Shown here piece after piece: positions 50,101 through 62,880 of a stretch of DNA of 64,000 nt. The translations under genes were made by a program, and so were the position numbers. The notes below the pieces were generated by a model that worked only from the letters and a program-made list of their open reading frames with translations, searched no databases and had not been told where the DNA came from. This DNA is from Dicyema japonicum. Its lineage: Eukaryota > Animalia > Dicyemida. Position 1 is the first letter of the stretch. The number at the start of each line of letters is the position of its first letter. Location of the stretch: positions 16,742 through 80,741 of the forward strand of contig RDEW01000015.1 of assembly GCA_011109175.1 (NCBI GenBank). The letters are read 5' to 3'.

Positions 50101-51879
50101 TGCTAAAAACAATGGAGGCATCCTTAATCACTAATAATTAGTCAGAAAATAACGGAATCGGTAGGAATTTGATTGAGACAGTTATCTCAAATTGTGCATT
50201 TTGTTAGGTATGTTTAGCTTTTTATTTCCACAGGCAAAGAAATTACTGAACACGAAACCGCCAATAACACCGAAGCTAGAAGACTAAGGGATCGCTGACT
50301 TAATAGACCTAATACTCAGAAATGAATGATGGGTATGATTTACAGATAATAAAATTTTGATTTTGGTTGTTGTGGACTCTCAAAATATGCTATGAAAATG
50401 GAAATTTGAAAAATGATCCAAATATGGAGAAAGCGAAAGTCTTCTTGATTACAATTGTCTGAATATATACAGCGTCATCTACTTTATGTGTGTTTGGTGG
50501 TGTTAATAGAAATTGCTCACAATGCCACCCCATGTTAGTACTATGTCTACTCTATCATTGTGAATTAATTCACTGGCAAATTGGCCATATTTATGTTGCT
50601 TCTCCACTTCAGGATGTTTTAACATTTCGTGAGAAGTGATTCCCACCTCAATAAGGGTAATCTCATTTTTCGTTTTATCATAAACAAAAATATCTGACTT
50701 ATGTTTGACCCGAGTTTGTTTGCAGCGTCGTCTACCCTTATAGATACAATCGATTGGATTGCACGTGTTTTTATCCTTTTATACTTTTTTATTCTAAACT
50801 GACGACAAAGATGTAAGTGTATACGCATCACAACTTTATTATGTCATCACATACAAGCACCGTTGAGAATCCTGTCACACCATGTGACCAAATGATCCAC
50901 CTTTAAGCCATACCACAATGACTGAAATTTGATTTCATCTCTTTAAAGAATTCCGATTTGGACCACACAATATATTGTTTGGGCTATTGTTTCCATTGGT
51001 TAACCATTCCATTAATCTATCAATGTCAACATTTGTGTCTTGAAAACAATTAAATACCACGTGATACCCAGTGGCTTCTCCGTTGCAATCGTGAGAGCCA
51101 ATGCCAGGTCGATTATGTCGATGGGAACCATTCTGTTCTAAATATTATTATTATCTAACCCCGAAAAAGGGAACACTTTTTATCGATTGTTTTGCGAAAT
51201 TAAGAAAATCGGGATAATTTTATATTCAAAAATGACTACCGAAAAATATAAGGATTAGAGTTACGGCTAAACTTAGGAACAGAATAGCGGTTAGTTAAAA
51301 CAGAGTTATGTTTAAGGTTATAGTTAGATCAAACCATAAAGTGGATCTTCCTAGCATAATACTTCAGAAATCAGGTTCGATGTTCCAGAATTCCATTCGA
51401 CCTCATTACTGCTCAAAAATTTTGAATTTAAGACAGCAGTATCAAAAAGGACCTAACAAAATATGTTTTATTCAGTTCCCCCGGTCGGAGTTGGACCTAT
51501 CCTTTCCAAGTATCCACCATTGTGTAAACCCTTCCACTGAATTAGAGAAGAGGAATCTTTGGATATCAGCTCGGCATTGGGTATCTTCAAGTTTGGTGGA
51601 TCCAATATCGCCTCTATAAATTAAAGAAGACAAGGATCAGAAGGATATGTTTCTACCAAATATGTAATCACACCTAGTGCCAATGCAATGCGAGCTACAG
51701 CACTAACCACTGGCTTCTGATAAAAATGCAAAGTCCTTTACTTATAAAAACTTTTGTTTTTGATTTAATAAAGAACGAGAATGACATTACTTGATTTATT
51801 AAGCTGTTTCATTGTTTTTTGTAAAAGTTGACTGAAACTACTAATTTGATAAATTTTGATTTATTTAATAACAAAATTA

Positions 51880-52100
51880 AATTATGGTAAGGTCTCCATT
51901 ATGGCCTGCGGACATTGAGCACACATGGGAGTTACCCCTCATGATCGCGAGTCCAATGTTCTGGAAGAGACATCGTGTCATTCTAAGCTCTCTCTTCCTC
52001 AGTCCTTCAAGCCGCCTGATTAACCTGATAAATCTGACGTGCTCGGGCCAAGCACATCAGACGTACTTCCGCCTTTTCGAATCTGATAAATTGACTTAAT
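51880..52100 (-). mobile_element. CRE-like 3' fragment
   Basis: LFQNIGLAIMRGNSH; nucleotide similarity to 19240-19335. Confidence 0.7.
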
Positions 52101-52873
52101 ACTTAAGATTGGAGAGAATTTGAAACAAAGTAAAGTGTGTCCTTATGCTTCTCAACAACCACGTGTTGCATTTGTAATTCTTTGAACTAAATTGATCAGA
52201 GTCCTTTGATTTTAGTAATATATTTTTGACTTTACATATTTGTGGTATTTTCATGATGAATTATTAATCAACCGAAAACATTTCAATTCAAATTTAAAAA
52301 TCCATTTAAAAGCAGTAAAGCCAGGAGAACCATGAAACGTGGGTAATATCACTCAAACAGTAATGAATCGATTATAAGTAATGATATTTTTATCAATACT
52401 GGTTGCCAATTTTATTTCTTTTAACCACGAATTGGCTGACCTTATAGTTCTCCTAAGTAGACAAGCAAACAAAGTAAACTCTATGACGTCCATATCTCAA
52501 ATAGTGGGAAATGGTTAAGCTGGAGTATTCAACTGAGAATCAAATATAAAGATATGTAAATTCGACCTCCCCCTTAAATTAATAAAATTTGTATAATTTT
52601 GATGTATTAATTATAGTTTATGATTGATTAAATCTTTCTATAGTAACTAAATTATGAAATATGAAGGAAATCGAAAATAGTGTTGGAGTGATTTGACGGA
52701 TTATCAATACGCTAATTTGTCAAATAAGCAATAACTGAATTACAAGTTGAGGAATTATCAAGCAAATTTGCTAGGCAAAAATTGTACTTTTAACTCAATC
52801 ATTATTGATTTCGAATTAGCGATCTTGTTTAACTATTTATGGAGTATTTGGATAGTTACGGTCTAATTTGTCA

Positions 52874-54822
52874 ATGTCTGTCCAAATGAGAGGAACTTTC
52901 AGGTCAAAGAACTACCGGCCTAGAACAAAGACACGTGTTAGCACTCGAACATTCACAAGTCCCAGTCCGGTCTCGTCTTCTATGAAACTTGTTGAATATA
53001 GCCATGGGTTTAGTCCCTATAGTTTGGATGCAACCTCGGAAACTTCTGTCTTCAAAGCAAACCGAGAAAAGGAGAAGATTGAAATGCAAGACCTCAATGC
53101 AAGACTCGCCCACTACATCGAAGTCTCTCGCTATAATGATGCTCTGAACAAGAATTTAATGGAAGAAATAGCAAATCTGAAGGCTAGTGACAACAGCGGA
53201 GTGGGTTACATAAAGAATATGTACGAGACTGAGATGGATCAGCTCAGAAAGTTACTCGACGAGGCTGAAAGGGAAAAGGCAGAGTTAAAATCGAAAATTG
53301 ATAAAAATGATTACGAAGTCAATGATTTGAAAGATGAGTAAGTGCTCATTGATTTGTTTGATAAAATTAGAATTTATTATTTATTATAGAATTGAAGAAC
53401 TTGAGAATATAAATGAGGACAATCTGGGGAGACTGAGAAGACAGGATGACGATGTAGCAAAGTATGAGGCTGAGAATGCTTCTTTGAGGAGAAGATGTGA
53501 TAATTTACAAGCTGATAAAGATCGTGACAAAAATTGTCTGGAGAAACTCAAAGTTGAGGTTGTTTCGTTGAGAAATGTAAATTTGTGTCGTTTATGCAGG
53601 ATTTGATGGCAGAGACTGTCTCCAGGATTGATAGTCAGAATCAGTGTCAAACGTTGAGGGAAGAATTGGAGTTTCTAAAAGACATCCATGCACAGGTGGG
53701 GATCCTTTGGTATTCCAGGAAGTAAAAGAACTCTCAACCACCGCAGGAAGAGATCCATTTTCGAAATCCCGGGACTGGTGGTCGAGCGAGTTTTCGAACT
53801 GCATACGGGAGATTCAGGAAGAATACGACAATCGGCTTGAATCGATCAAAACAGATATGGATAATTATTATTCTTTGAAGGTACCATATTTTGACGATTA
53901 CTTCAAAGGTACAAGAAATTCAGACCGGAGCAGCCAAGAATGGAATGGAGTCCGCTCAATTCAGGGACAAGTTTAACACAATGAAGTCATCACATTCTGA
54001 AATGAAGGGACAAGTCAATCAGAAGGACAAAGATGTTGACCAGAGTTGTATATTGTAGAATGAACTGTTGAGAATCCAGAATGATGATCTCCGTCGAGAG
54101 CTGAGAGAGATACAAATGGATTATGACAAATTCTTGGTTGAGAAAGACAGCGAAATGTCAGAGATCCGAACTCATCTGGAAAAGACGTTAATAGAATTAC
54201 AATCCATCACAGATCAGAACCTTTCACTCCAATTGGAGATTGCGGCCTACAGAAAACTGCTAGAAGGGGAGGAATCCCGGTATGAGATCTCTGATTATGA
54301 TTAGCATTGGAATCCGAGAAGGATACGACGATGAGACCAGCAACATTTATGGTCTTAGTGAATCCGTATTTTAGACGACTCCCTCCACTATTCGTTCCCA
54401 AAAAGTGATCATGAGAAGAAGACCACATACCAGCGTAGTGCGAAGGGTCCAATAACTCTAACATCAGTCCATCCAGACGGGAGTTTCGTAGAAATAGAGA
54501 ACACGAACGTGTCACAGGTCTCCGAGTGATTATTCGGTAGAATGAGGACATGACTGGTTGGAAGATGGTACAATGTGCTGATGATAATATTCATGAATAT
54601 ATATTTGACAATTATGAGTTGAAGGGGGGAACCAGTGTCAAAATATGGGCGAATGATCACTCCAACAAAGAGGAAGGAGATCTTGTGTGGAAGGACAGGA
54701 CATGTCTTACAAGAGGATCAGTGGTAACGACGACTCTCCTCGACAAAAAGGGAAATGTAGTGATTGTTCTCATTTTGTAGGAAAAGGCAACATTCACTCA
54801 AAAAACAGTATTTACTCTTTAA
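52874..54822 (+). CDS. Cytoplasmic intermediate filament protein with lamin-tail domain (invertebrate / nematocilin type), 8 introns
   Basis: Coil 1A EKIEMQDLNARLAHYIE, rod end LEIAAYRKLLEGEESR, LTD (YQRSAKGPI...GWK...VKIWA), C-terminus EKATFTQKTVFTL. No CaaX and no obvious NLS. First intron 53338-53389 (52 nt); others 23-28 nt. Confidence 0.93.
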
Positions 54823-55411
54823 CTAACTCTTAATTCCTGTTTAGTTTTTTCTGCCAGTTATAATTCCAATTATAGAATTTGTTGCCGTATTTAATGACAA
54901 ATTAGCAAATCGATCACTAAGAACTACTAAATAATAAATTCTCTTTTTAAAATAGAAAATGACTAATACTCCTCACATAATCTAAACTTAAAGCTAAAAA
55001 TCTGTAGGAACTAAAAATAGAGAATTCTTGAGAACCCGAATGGTGAGGAGATAAAAGGGAAAGTGGTTAGTTACCCCGACCTCAATAACATATACCGCAA
55101 ACTTGATGAGACTCCGACCACTACCAAATTAATTAAATTAAATCAATTCCAAAGACCACTGTTAAACCGAAAAATAAACTAAGTGATCCCGACGAATTGG
55201 ATCAAGGCTCTCATTTTTCCTCGGTGTTGATCCCTTGAGCCTACACAAATACGTTGCGGACGAGCACTTTCTTTTTGGCATTGGTGTCCAAAGAAAGTGG
55301 TGAATAAGCAAAATAAAATAAATATTGTTAAATTATAAACTTAAAAATCTATTTAAATAAAATTCAAATATTTTAATAAAATAAATAAATAATTTAGGAC
55401 ATTTTAAATAC

Positions 55412-57634
55412 ATGATAGACGAGACTGTTGATATAACCAAAAGTTCAAAATGATATTTATTCTTAGGCGTCGAACAAATGTTCGAAACAGCAAAGAATAT
55501 TTTCACAAAAGACATTTGGAAGATACATCCATACTAAGTGATTTGAAAGATAAAATACATAAATTTGAATCACTTACTAAGGATTACGTAAATAATGTTA
55601 GTAAAATTTTAAATATTAATAAAAATCGGTTTGAGGTTATTCTCTGATTTGTAGTTCTAATTATCCCTCGGAATTGGACCCAGTTTATTCGTTATTTCAA
55701 AACCTGCCTGCATGGAAGCTAAACTTAGAGGAGGAATTCTTAAACTCGTGTTCTTTGATTCTTCCCTATATGGATACCTCTGTGGTCAATTTTGGATTTT
55801 ACTACAAAAAGGTACAAATTTGTGAATTTTATGTTAATGATAATTTAGTGTCAGGAATTGTTGAATGACTACCGTTCTGATGTCATGAAACAGATTGAGG
55901 CTTACAAGAAAGTCTGTGGTCCCTTAATTTTAGAAAAAAACTAACTTTGTGGCTCTTGAAAGCAAATTCAACAAGATTTTGGATAAGAAAATGAAAGTGA
56001 ACGACAAATGTGCTGAAAAGATGACATCTAAGGAGGAAGAAAAGCTAAACAAAGTAGAATATGTCAACTGTTTGTAGATTAACAGTGAATTAGAACAATC
56101 CAAGATTGATTTATTAAAGGCACATCTCCAAATGCATGAAAAAGGCAAAGAAGTGAACTTTCTAGTTAACTTTTTCCCGACATATTTACATGACCTAATA
56201 AATGTAGTGGTCCAAATTATTCAGGTTTTAAATTTAGACAGAGAACAAAATGCACGTGACCTCCTTAATAATCTCTTGTCTATTACAAACGATAAGTCCG
56301 GGGTATTACACAAGGAAATCTGTTCTGTCTGTGAACAAATGAAGGACTTTTCTATGGAGAGTGGACGTCAGAGTTTACTGAAGGGTCTTCCGTCCGAATG
56401 TAGCACCTTAAGCATTCCTGTGATGGAGAACCTGGTTTATCTTCCAAATTATGTAAGCCCTCGGTGGAAGAGATGGAAAGGAACCAAATTCATACATCTC
56501 TTAGAGATCTTTTACTGGAAAAGAAGGGAGAGTGCGCTAATGACTTGGCTGTCCTGAACCAAGTGAGCTTAAATTTGACACAAGTACTCGAGTGACTCGG
56601 ATATGCTGGCAGAGGTGAGACAGGAATTCATGAATTTTGCAATGTCAAAACAAGAAAAATCTAAGCAAAAACAGGATGAAGGACTTTTGTGTAGAAAACT
56701 GCGGGTTAACCGTTTGAATTCGGACCTGGAGTTTTTATGTACTGCAATGATACGGAATCACATAAACTCTTCTTTCAATCTGTTCTACAGGTTGTCTAGA
56801 CACGTGACTGTAGTGATGGGAGAAGCAAAATATCCAAATTCATAGGACCTGAGAAGAATTTGAAGATCTTTGGGGGGAATTTGGTGGATATTTGTGATGT
56901 ATGGTGATTTACTTACGATTTAGGGGAAAAAGAAACTCCCAACGATTGTGTCGTTTTTTATATACAAGATCAAAGATCTCGGGGGAATGGAAACCCAGGG
57001 AATATTCCGTCACTCTGGACATATCAACGAAAATAAAAAATTGAAGGACTTTATGGAAGCTGGTGGTGGATGTAATCATTCCAGGTGTTCTCTGTTCCTC
57101 TCTCCCTCTCAACTCCTACTGTGATGTCTTCAAGGAATTTTACCGATCTCTTGAAGATCCACTGGTGGACACGGATGTGATGAGTAAAATGAACAAAATA
57201 AGCAAAACATGTGCAAAAAGTAACGATTCAGATACTCTGAAGGAGGAGGAGCTTATCCCCGATCTTGTCAAAGAGCTTGATAATCTTCCACAAATATCAT
57301 ATTACAATCTGAAGGTTCTGTGCTTGTTTCTCAAACAGTTGTGTGGTGGGTGACTTGTAGAGTCTCCGATATGAAAGATTTGAATTCTATGGACGATTCT
57401 AACCTCTCCATACTGTTCGTAATGTCCTTAAACTCCAAATTGGGGGAGAGTGATCGCACAAACTCTACAAATATCACCCGTCTGCTCATCAAACTTGCCA
57501 ATAGATCTTTGGGGATGACATATCCCTGGACTTTTCTGACATATAAGAATTGTGAATCTGGAGACGTTGGTGTGATTGTATATTTTAGTCCTGAAAATTT
57601 GAGAATGATAGGTCAAATGAAAACCCCCACTTAA
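55412..57634 (+). CDS. Rho GTPase-activating protein with N-terminal helical (probably BAR) region
   Basis: KIFGGNL...LPTIV...GMETQGIFRHSG (arginine finger), FKEFYRSLEDPL, LPQISYYNLKVLCLFL, NSMDDSNLSILF. Many tiny introns; exact ends are uncertain. Confidence 0.8.
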
Positions 57635-58089
57635 TTAGAATAAATAATTTTTGATGATTCCATTATTATTGACCCCAGGCTTACAGTCCTTGGTAGGCCA
57701 AATAGTCATAACTAATTAATACAAAGAGGGAACCCAAAGGAGAACATCTGTTTGTGCCGACAAAATCCATCTTCCAATAGACATTACAGGCTTCCGCTTC
57801 AGAAGAGAGGTGGAGGATATATAGTCAAGAAGCACCACTATTTTCTGAATGACAAGGCCATTTGGTTATTCGGCCTCTCAATAATACCTCTTAAAGTCAA
57901 AGTTCATACGCCTTTTAGAATCGTTTTAAATTCAAAAATGTGTGATTTAGACAAAAAATGTTATAATAAAGTCGATAAAAATATGTCTATGTCAAAATGT
58001 GGTTAGAAACTAAGATAGAAATCTAAGTCAACAATTTCTTGGATATCGTTGATATATCAATAAACAGAGTTACTAATTAATCAAATTTT

Positions 58090-58500
58090 AATATAGGGAG
58101 TTTGCTGCTTCCTCTGACAATGGCTATTGAGCTATCCACTCTCAGGTATATCCTTGGTGACTCTTTGGATCATTGAGTCGATCTGACGGACTAGGACGTC
58201 CGCTTGTGTCCAAGGACTCCTGACGACTCAATAGCAAATAGGACAAACAAATGATTCTCTGAAATTCTTCGGTATTTTTTTCTCTTCTGATCCTCGGTTT
58301 ATTTAGAAGCGTGGTCGTGGTCGAAGGCTGAGGCGGCGAAATTCTTCAGAGATTACGTATCAACACACGTAGTATCCCAACCAAGTTCCGACCATTATAA
58401 AAAGAGAAAGTCGTATCTGGTCGGGGTGTTTGCCATCCCTCTGCTGGTCAGAAGAGGAAAGCGCTTTTTTTTAGACAGGAACGGCCTGCGCTCAACCTGC
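58090..58500 (-). mobile_element. CRE-like fragment
   Basis: WDTTCVDT, KRKKYR, FVLFAIESSGVLG and SIAIVRG motifs. Confidence 0.75.
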
Positions 58501-58867
58501 ACGACAGAAACAAAAGTCAAAATTTTAGCTAAATGTTATGGAAGAGTCATTCTTGGATGTAATTGTTTTAATTATTACTGCGTTCTAATTGCATCCGTGT
58601 GTAATTAGAATTTGTTTATAATAGGCAATTGAGTCATTCGACTAAACTCAGTTACTACCAAATTTTGATATTAATTCACTAAAATTCGTTTATTCCCATT
58701 GAAATTGATTTTTGTGGCGAAATTGATTTTTTGGTTAACGAAATACTGCGATACTGTTGGTTTCATAATTATGACGTAATCAGTGTAAAAGCACTTTTGA
58801 GACAATTTATTAAATAACTCTGTTAAATTTAACTTTTATGTGAGTATGACGTCATTTGTTAGTTAGT

Positions 58868-59878
58868 TTAATTCAGAGCCATTCTCGCTCGCCTTAGATC
58901 ACGTTCTAGTCTCTCTAGGGAGTCCTTTAAGGAATCAATCTTGTAATTTGGGACCTTTAATGTCACGTGGTAATCAACCTTGGTATAAAAGTTGGATTCA
59001 AAGTTGGTTCTGACTCCACCCACACCTTCATCACTGGACACATTCCTTTTCTAAGAGTATAACCTTTAGAAATACGCAGGCTGGGGACTTTGAACGTGAT
59101 TTACTCTGTGAACGAAACCGTCGTGGGGACACAGAACGATTTATTGATGAGTACGTGGGCCTCTCATATGAGGGACAGGGACGGGTTCTTGAACGAGATC
59201 TTCTAGTAGCTGATCTTGATCGACCAAGGTACTAAATAATTATCACTGTATACCGGCTCATAGTAGCGTTCCCTCAATGGAAAGCTAACGGGTTCCTCAT
59301 AGGAGTAAGGATATGTCTGAACGACTTTGGAAGAGGTTGAAAATCTCAATCTTGGAGAAATATAGTCCTTTAAATAAGCTGAGATTAAACTGGAAAGTCA
59401 ATTGTGCGGACCATCAAGTACTCCCTCCCGAATGAGCTATAATAGGGAAGACAGCTTGGATATGGGAAGAGAAAATCACGTGCATTGGTTGTGTAGCTTG
59501 CAAGAACCGTATTGAGTCCTGTCCTGTTGGAGACCTCGATCAGTTTAATGTAGACTGGTTCATCTAAGACCAATAAAGGGAAGAATAATACCGTAAAGTT
59601 TGTCGATAACCGAATCAGCACTATATTCCATATAAAATGTCTAAAATATGATTAATGTCCGTGAACCCTCGAAACATAGAACTGATCGTTGAAAAAGGCT
59701 GGAAGGTCAGCCGGGAGAAGTCGAGTCTCCTTGTATTGTCCCATAACGGATACACTGACATAAATATCGTTATCGTAATTGAGGCAAGTCCCAGGTGAGG
59801 AAACCTTAAAAGTTTATAATTTCTCCAAATATTTGATTATACAGAGATAGCGCCAACTCTAGCAGAACAGCAAAACAT
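58868..59878 (-). CDS. SPATA6: SPATA6-family protein
   Basis: VSSPGTCL...DIYVSVSVMGQYKETRLLPADLPAFFN...LASYTTNARDFLFP...SPRLRFSTSS matches the SPATA6 domain as I recall it; Arg/Ser-rich tail; about 7 introns of 22-38 nt. Confidence 0.85.
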
Positions 59879-61921
59879 GGAAATAAATGGGGAAGCCTTT
59901 AATTTCAGGTCGCTAAGGGCAAGTAACTTAGCAACTGTTAATTTGTTCAAAGCTGCAAAAAAAATTAGGTGATTGATTAATTAAAGTGCATTCCACAGAT
60001 TTATAGGGCTGGTTTATGATCACACGTGGGTAGAATATTTGGGATCATTACCTCAGATATCGTCAACGTCGAGGAAAAGTTGTAGTTCCTTTTCATTTTT
60101 CGTAGAGAATTGTTTTTTACGAGGTTTTATATTCGGTTTGGTTGCGCAAATCGTCAGCAATTATTCCGTCATGCATTCATTGTTAGTGTAACCTCAATTG
60201 TAGTTTGTTAATAATTCAAATAATTAAAACATCCCAAATATCTGCCCAACAAAACGTTTGAATTCACCGAATATGACGGAACATGTTAAAGTACACTCAT
60301 TTTACAGAACTCGTACAATTACTTTGAGTGGGATTAACTTGTGACGTAATAACATCTCACCTTTAATTGTTAAAGGTCACACTTTTACATTTGACTTTAA
60401 TCAGATGAATTTACAATCCAAATGGACAATATAATAACGTAGAAATAAGACGTTATCAGTTATTCCCGTACCTAACCTTACTCATTGCTTTTTGATGATA
60501 TGCTCACTTGTCTTGTTTCTTAATTGAACAATTGAAAATGTCTAGAAAGTAAAAGATACAAGAGGATACTGACATCTAAAATTGTGGCCTTTGCTGCACA
60601 TGGGAAGCTACAAATAATATGGGGAAACTAAAAAAATAATATATTAATATAAGGGTTTCTCAAAGCCAATATATATCTTGTATTATTGCACCACGTGACT
60701 AGTTGGATAATAAACACTGTGATCATTTAAACTTTAATATGAGCACGTGGGTACACGAGGGTGAATTAACCAATGTTATACATATAAAACTATGTGAGAC
60801 ATGCAGTAAAGAAAATTATCACAAATGCACTTTTATGAGTAATGGACCTGGTAAGGAGTCATTCACTTTCAGTTTGACAGCCATTGTGACTATTCTTGAC
60901 ACCAAAAGAAGTGGAATCAGATACACAAAGTTCCTTCTTCCAGATCGACTCACTAAAGAAAACCCGAGTAACTTTTCTCATAAAAGAACTTGACATTGCT
61001 TCTTCAATCTGAACAAGAAATCATAAGATATCTGACGTCTTAGTGAAGCTTTTGGAGTTAATATTAAAGATAACTAATTCCTGGTGACGTTGTGATAATC
61101 ATAAGATATTAGTTAGCATGACCCAATTGGCTTTATCCTAGTACTCTCAACTAAATCTATTTGTCGTTCTGTCAGAGAGGGAAGGAAGTTCACTGATGCA
61201 AATCTGATTGTAAAATCTAAATTAACATATAGAAGGGAGCTACAGGTATTGTCAGACTTCCAAGGTTGTATCGAGGTCTATGGTGGTACCTAAGAGACCG
61301 TTTGACATGTGTGGCATAAATACGGAAGATGTATTAATAGAATCCACCCTTCCTCTCAAAAAAGACAACTTGCGTACTCAAACAATACAGCTTGGGAATT
61401 GAGAAAGTTATGGCCTATAAAGATCACATTGGATGATTCGCCCAACTCATACAGGTCCAGACGTAAAAACGGTTAGAACTGCCTTGCAAGACTAGGAAGA
61501 AGATATGAAATGGGGACTAATTCCTGAACTTCAGCACAAATATTGAAAGAACTCAAGTATGTAATCAATCTTTTAAATACTGAATATATCAAAGATTTAC
61601 TACATGTGGTGGACATTGTCCTGAGATGAGGTGACCTCAGTTCTTAGAATTATGTAACCAATCTGCTGATGGTGGTCGAACAGAAATGTCGTTATTCTAT
61701 TAATGGAGTCTGAAGACCTGACAATCACGGATAATTGAGTCATCACTAGGGCAATTTAAGTGCTAAAATGCTATTTTTATTATTTATACTTTTTTAAATA
61801 TACGATTGAATTTGGAATAATTATTTTTTAATTTTGTTTAAAAAAACATACATTATAAATGCTATAAGTGCTATTTTTAATTTTAAATGCTAATTTTTGT
61901 TTAACTGCTAATTTAAATTGC

Positions 61922-62565
61922 AGTTAATAATGTGTTTACGGATTCCGAAATTCGCGGAGCACTCTTTCGGCTGAATAACAACAGAGCAACTGGCTATGAC
62001 AATATTTGTGGGGAGTTGTTAAAATACGCACCAACCCAGCTAGCAGAAAAGATAACTTTCATATTCAACAAGATATTCAGGACTCATTGTTCAATTGACA
62101 TCGCGATGGGAGTTCTACTTCCTTTACAAAAACCTGGCAAACCTGCAGGTCCAATTGAAAATTTCAAGGCGATCGTGCATTTGACCACTTTGCGAAAAAC
62201 ATTGTCGATTACAACATGTTTTTCGAAAAGATGTGGAGTATTTGGACTCGCAGAAAACTTATCTCCTTAAATCTTCGGATGCGCTTATATAGCGCGTTCA
62301 TACAACCAGTCCTATTATATAACTCGGGAACATGGGGAACATCAAAAACGGACCGTGACTGACTAGACACATTTCATAGAAATCAATTGATAAAAATTGC
62401 GGGAACTAAATGGCCACAGATTATCAAAAAAGACACTCTCTACAAATTATGTAAATGCAAACCGATAAGCAGAGAAGTAATTACCTCACGCTGGCTACTT
62501 ATCGGACATGTTCTGAGAATGGACGAAGTGATTCCTTGCAATCAAATGATGGAAGATTACTATTA
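61922..62565 (+). mobile_element. Internally deleted RTE fragment (same family as 25520-28750) inside the hAT
   Basis: High nucleotide similarity to ~27330-27620 and ~28260-28510. Confidence 0.85.
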
Positions 62566-62880
62566 TACAAGGACTACATTTTGATAATGACAAGGCAAAT
62601 ATCAAAAATTATATAAATAAAAGAATGGAGGAAAATGGATTTAAACTTATTATTGAAATGACTGAACCAAAAATTAGCTAACAAGATTATTTTTCTCTTT
62701 CACGCTGTCAGGCATCCTATGCATCTGTTGAAAGAGCAATTAAAATGCTAAAAAATATTAAAAAAAAAGATAGGAACTTCCATCCAGACAATATCAGGCA
62801 TTAACTTTTATTATATTACAATAAATAAAATTGAAAAAATCCCATTTTTAAGTGATGAAAGAACATTTAAACAATAGAAG

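Noticed and set aside
55130-55300. Possible structured ncRNA between the IF and RhoGAP genes
   Set aside because: Similar to 21240-21345 in reverse orientation, so likely a dispersed repeat end; no snRNA motifs recognised.
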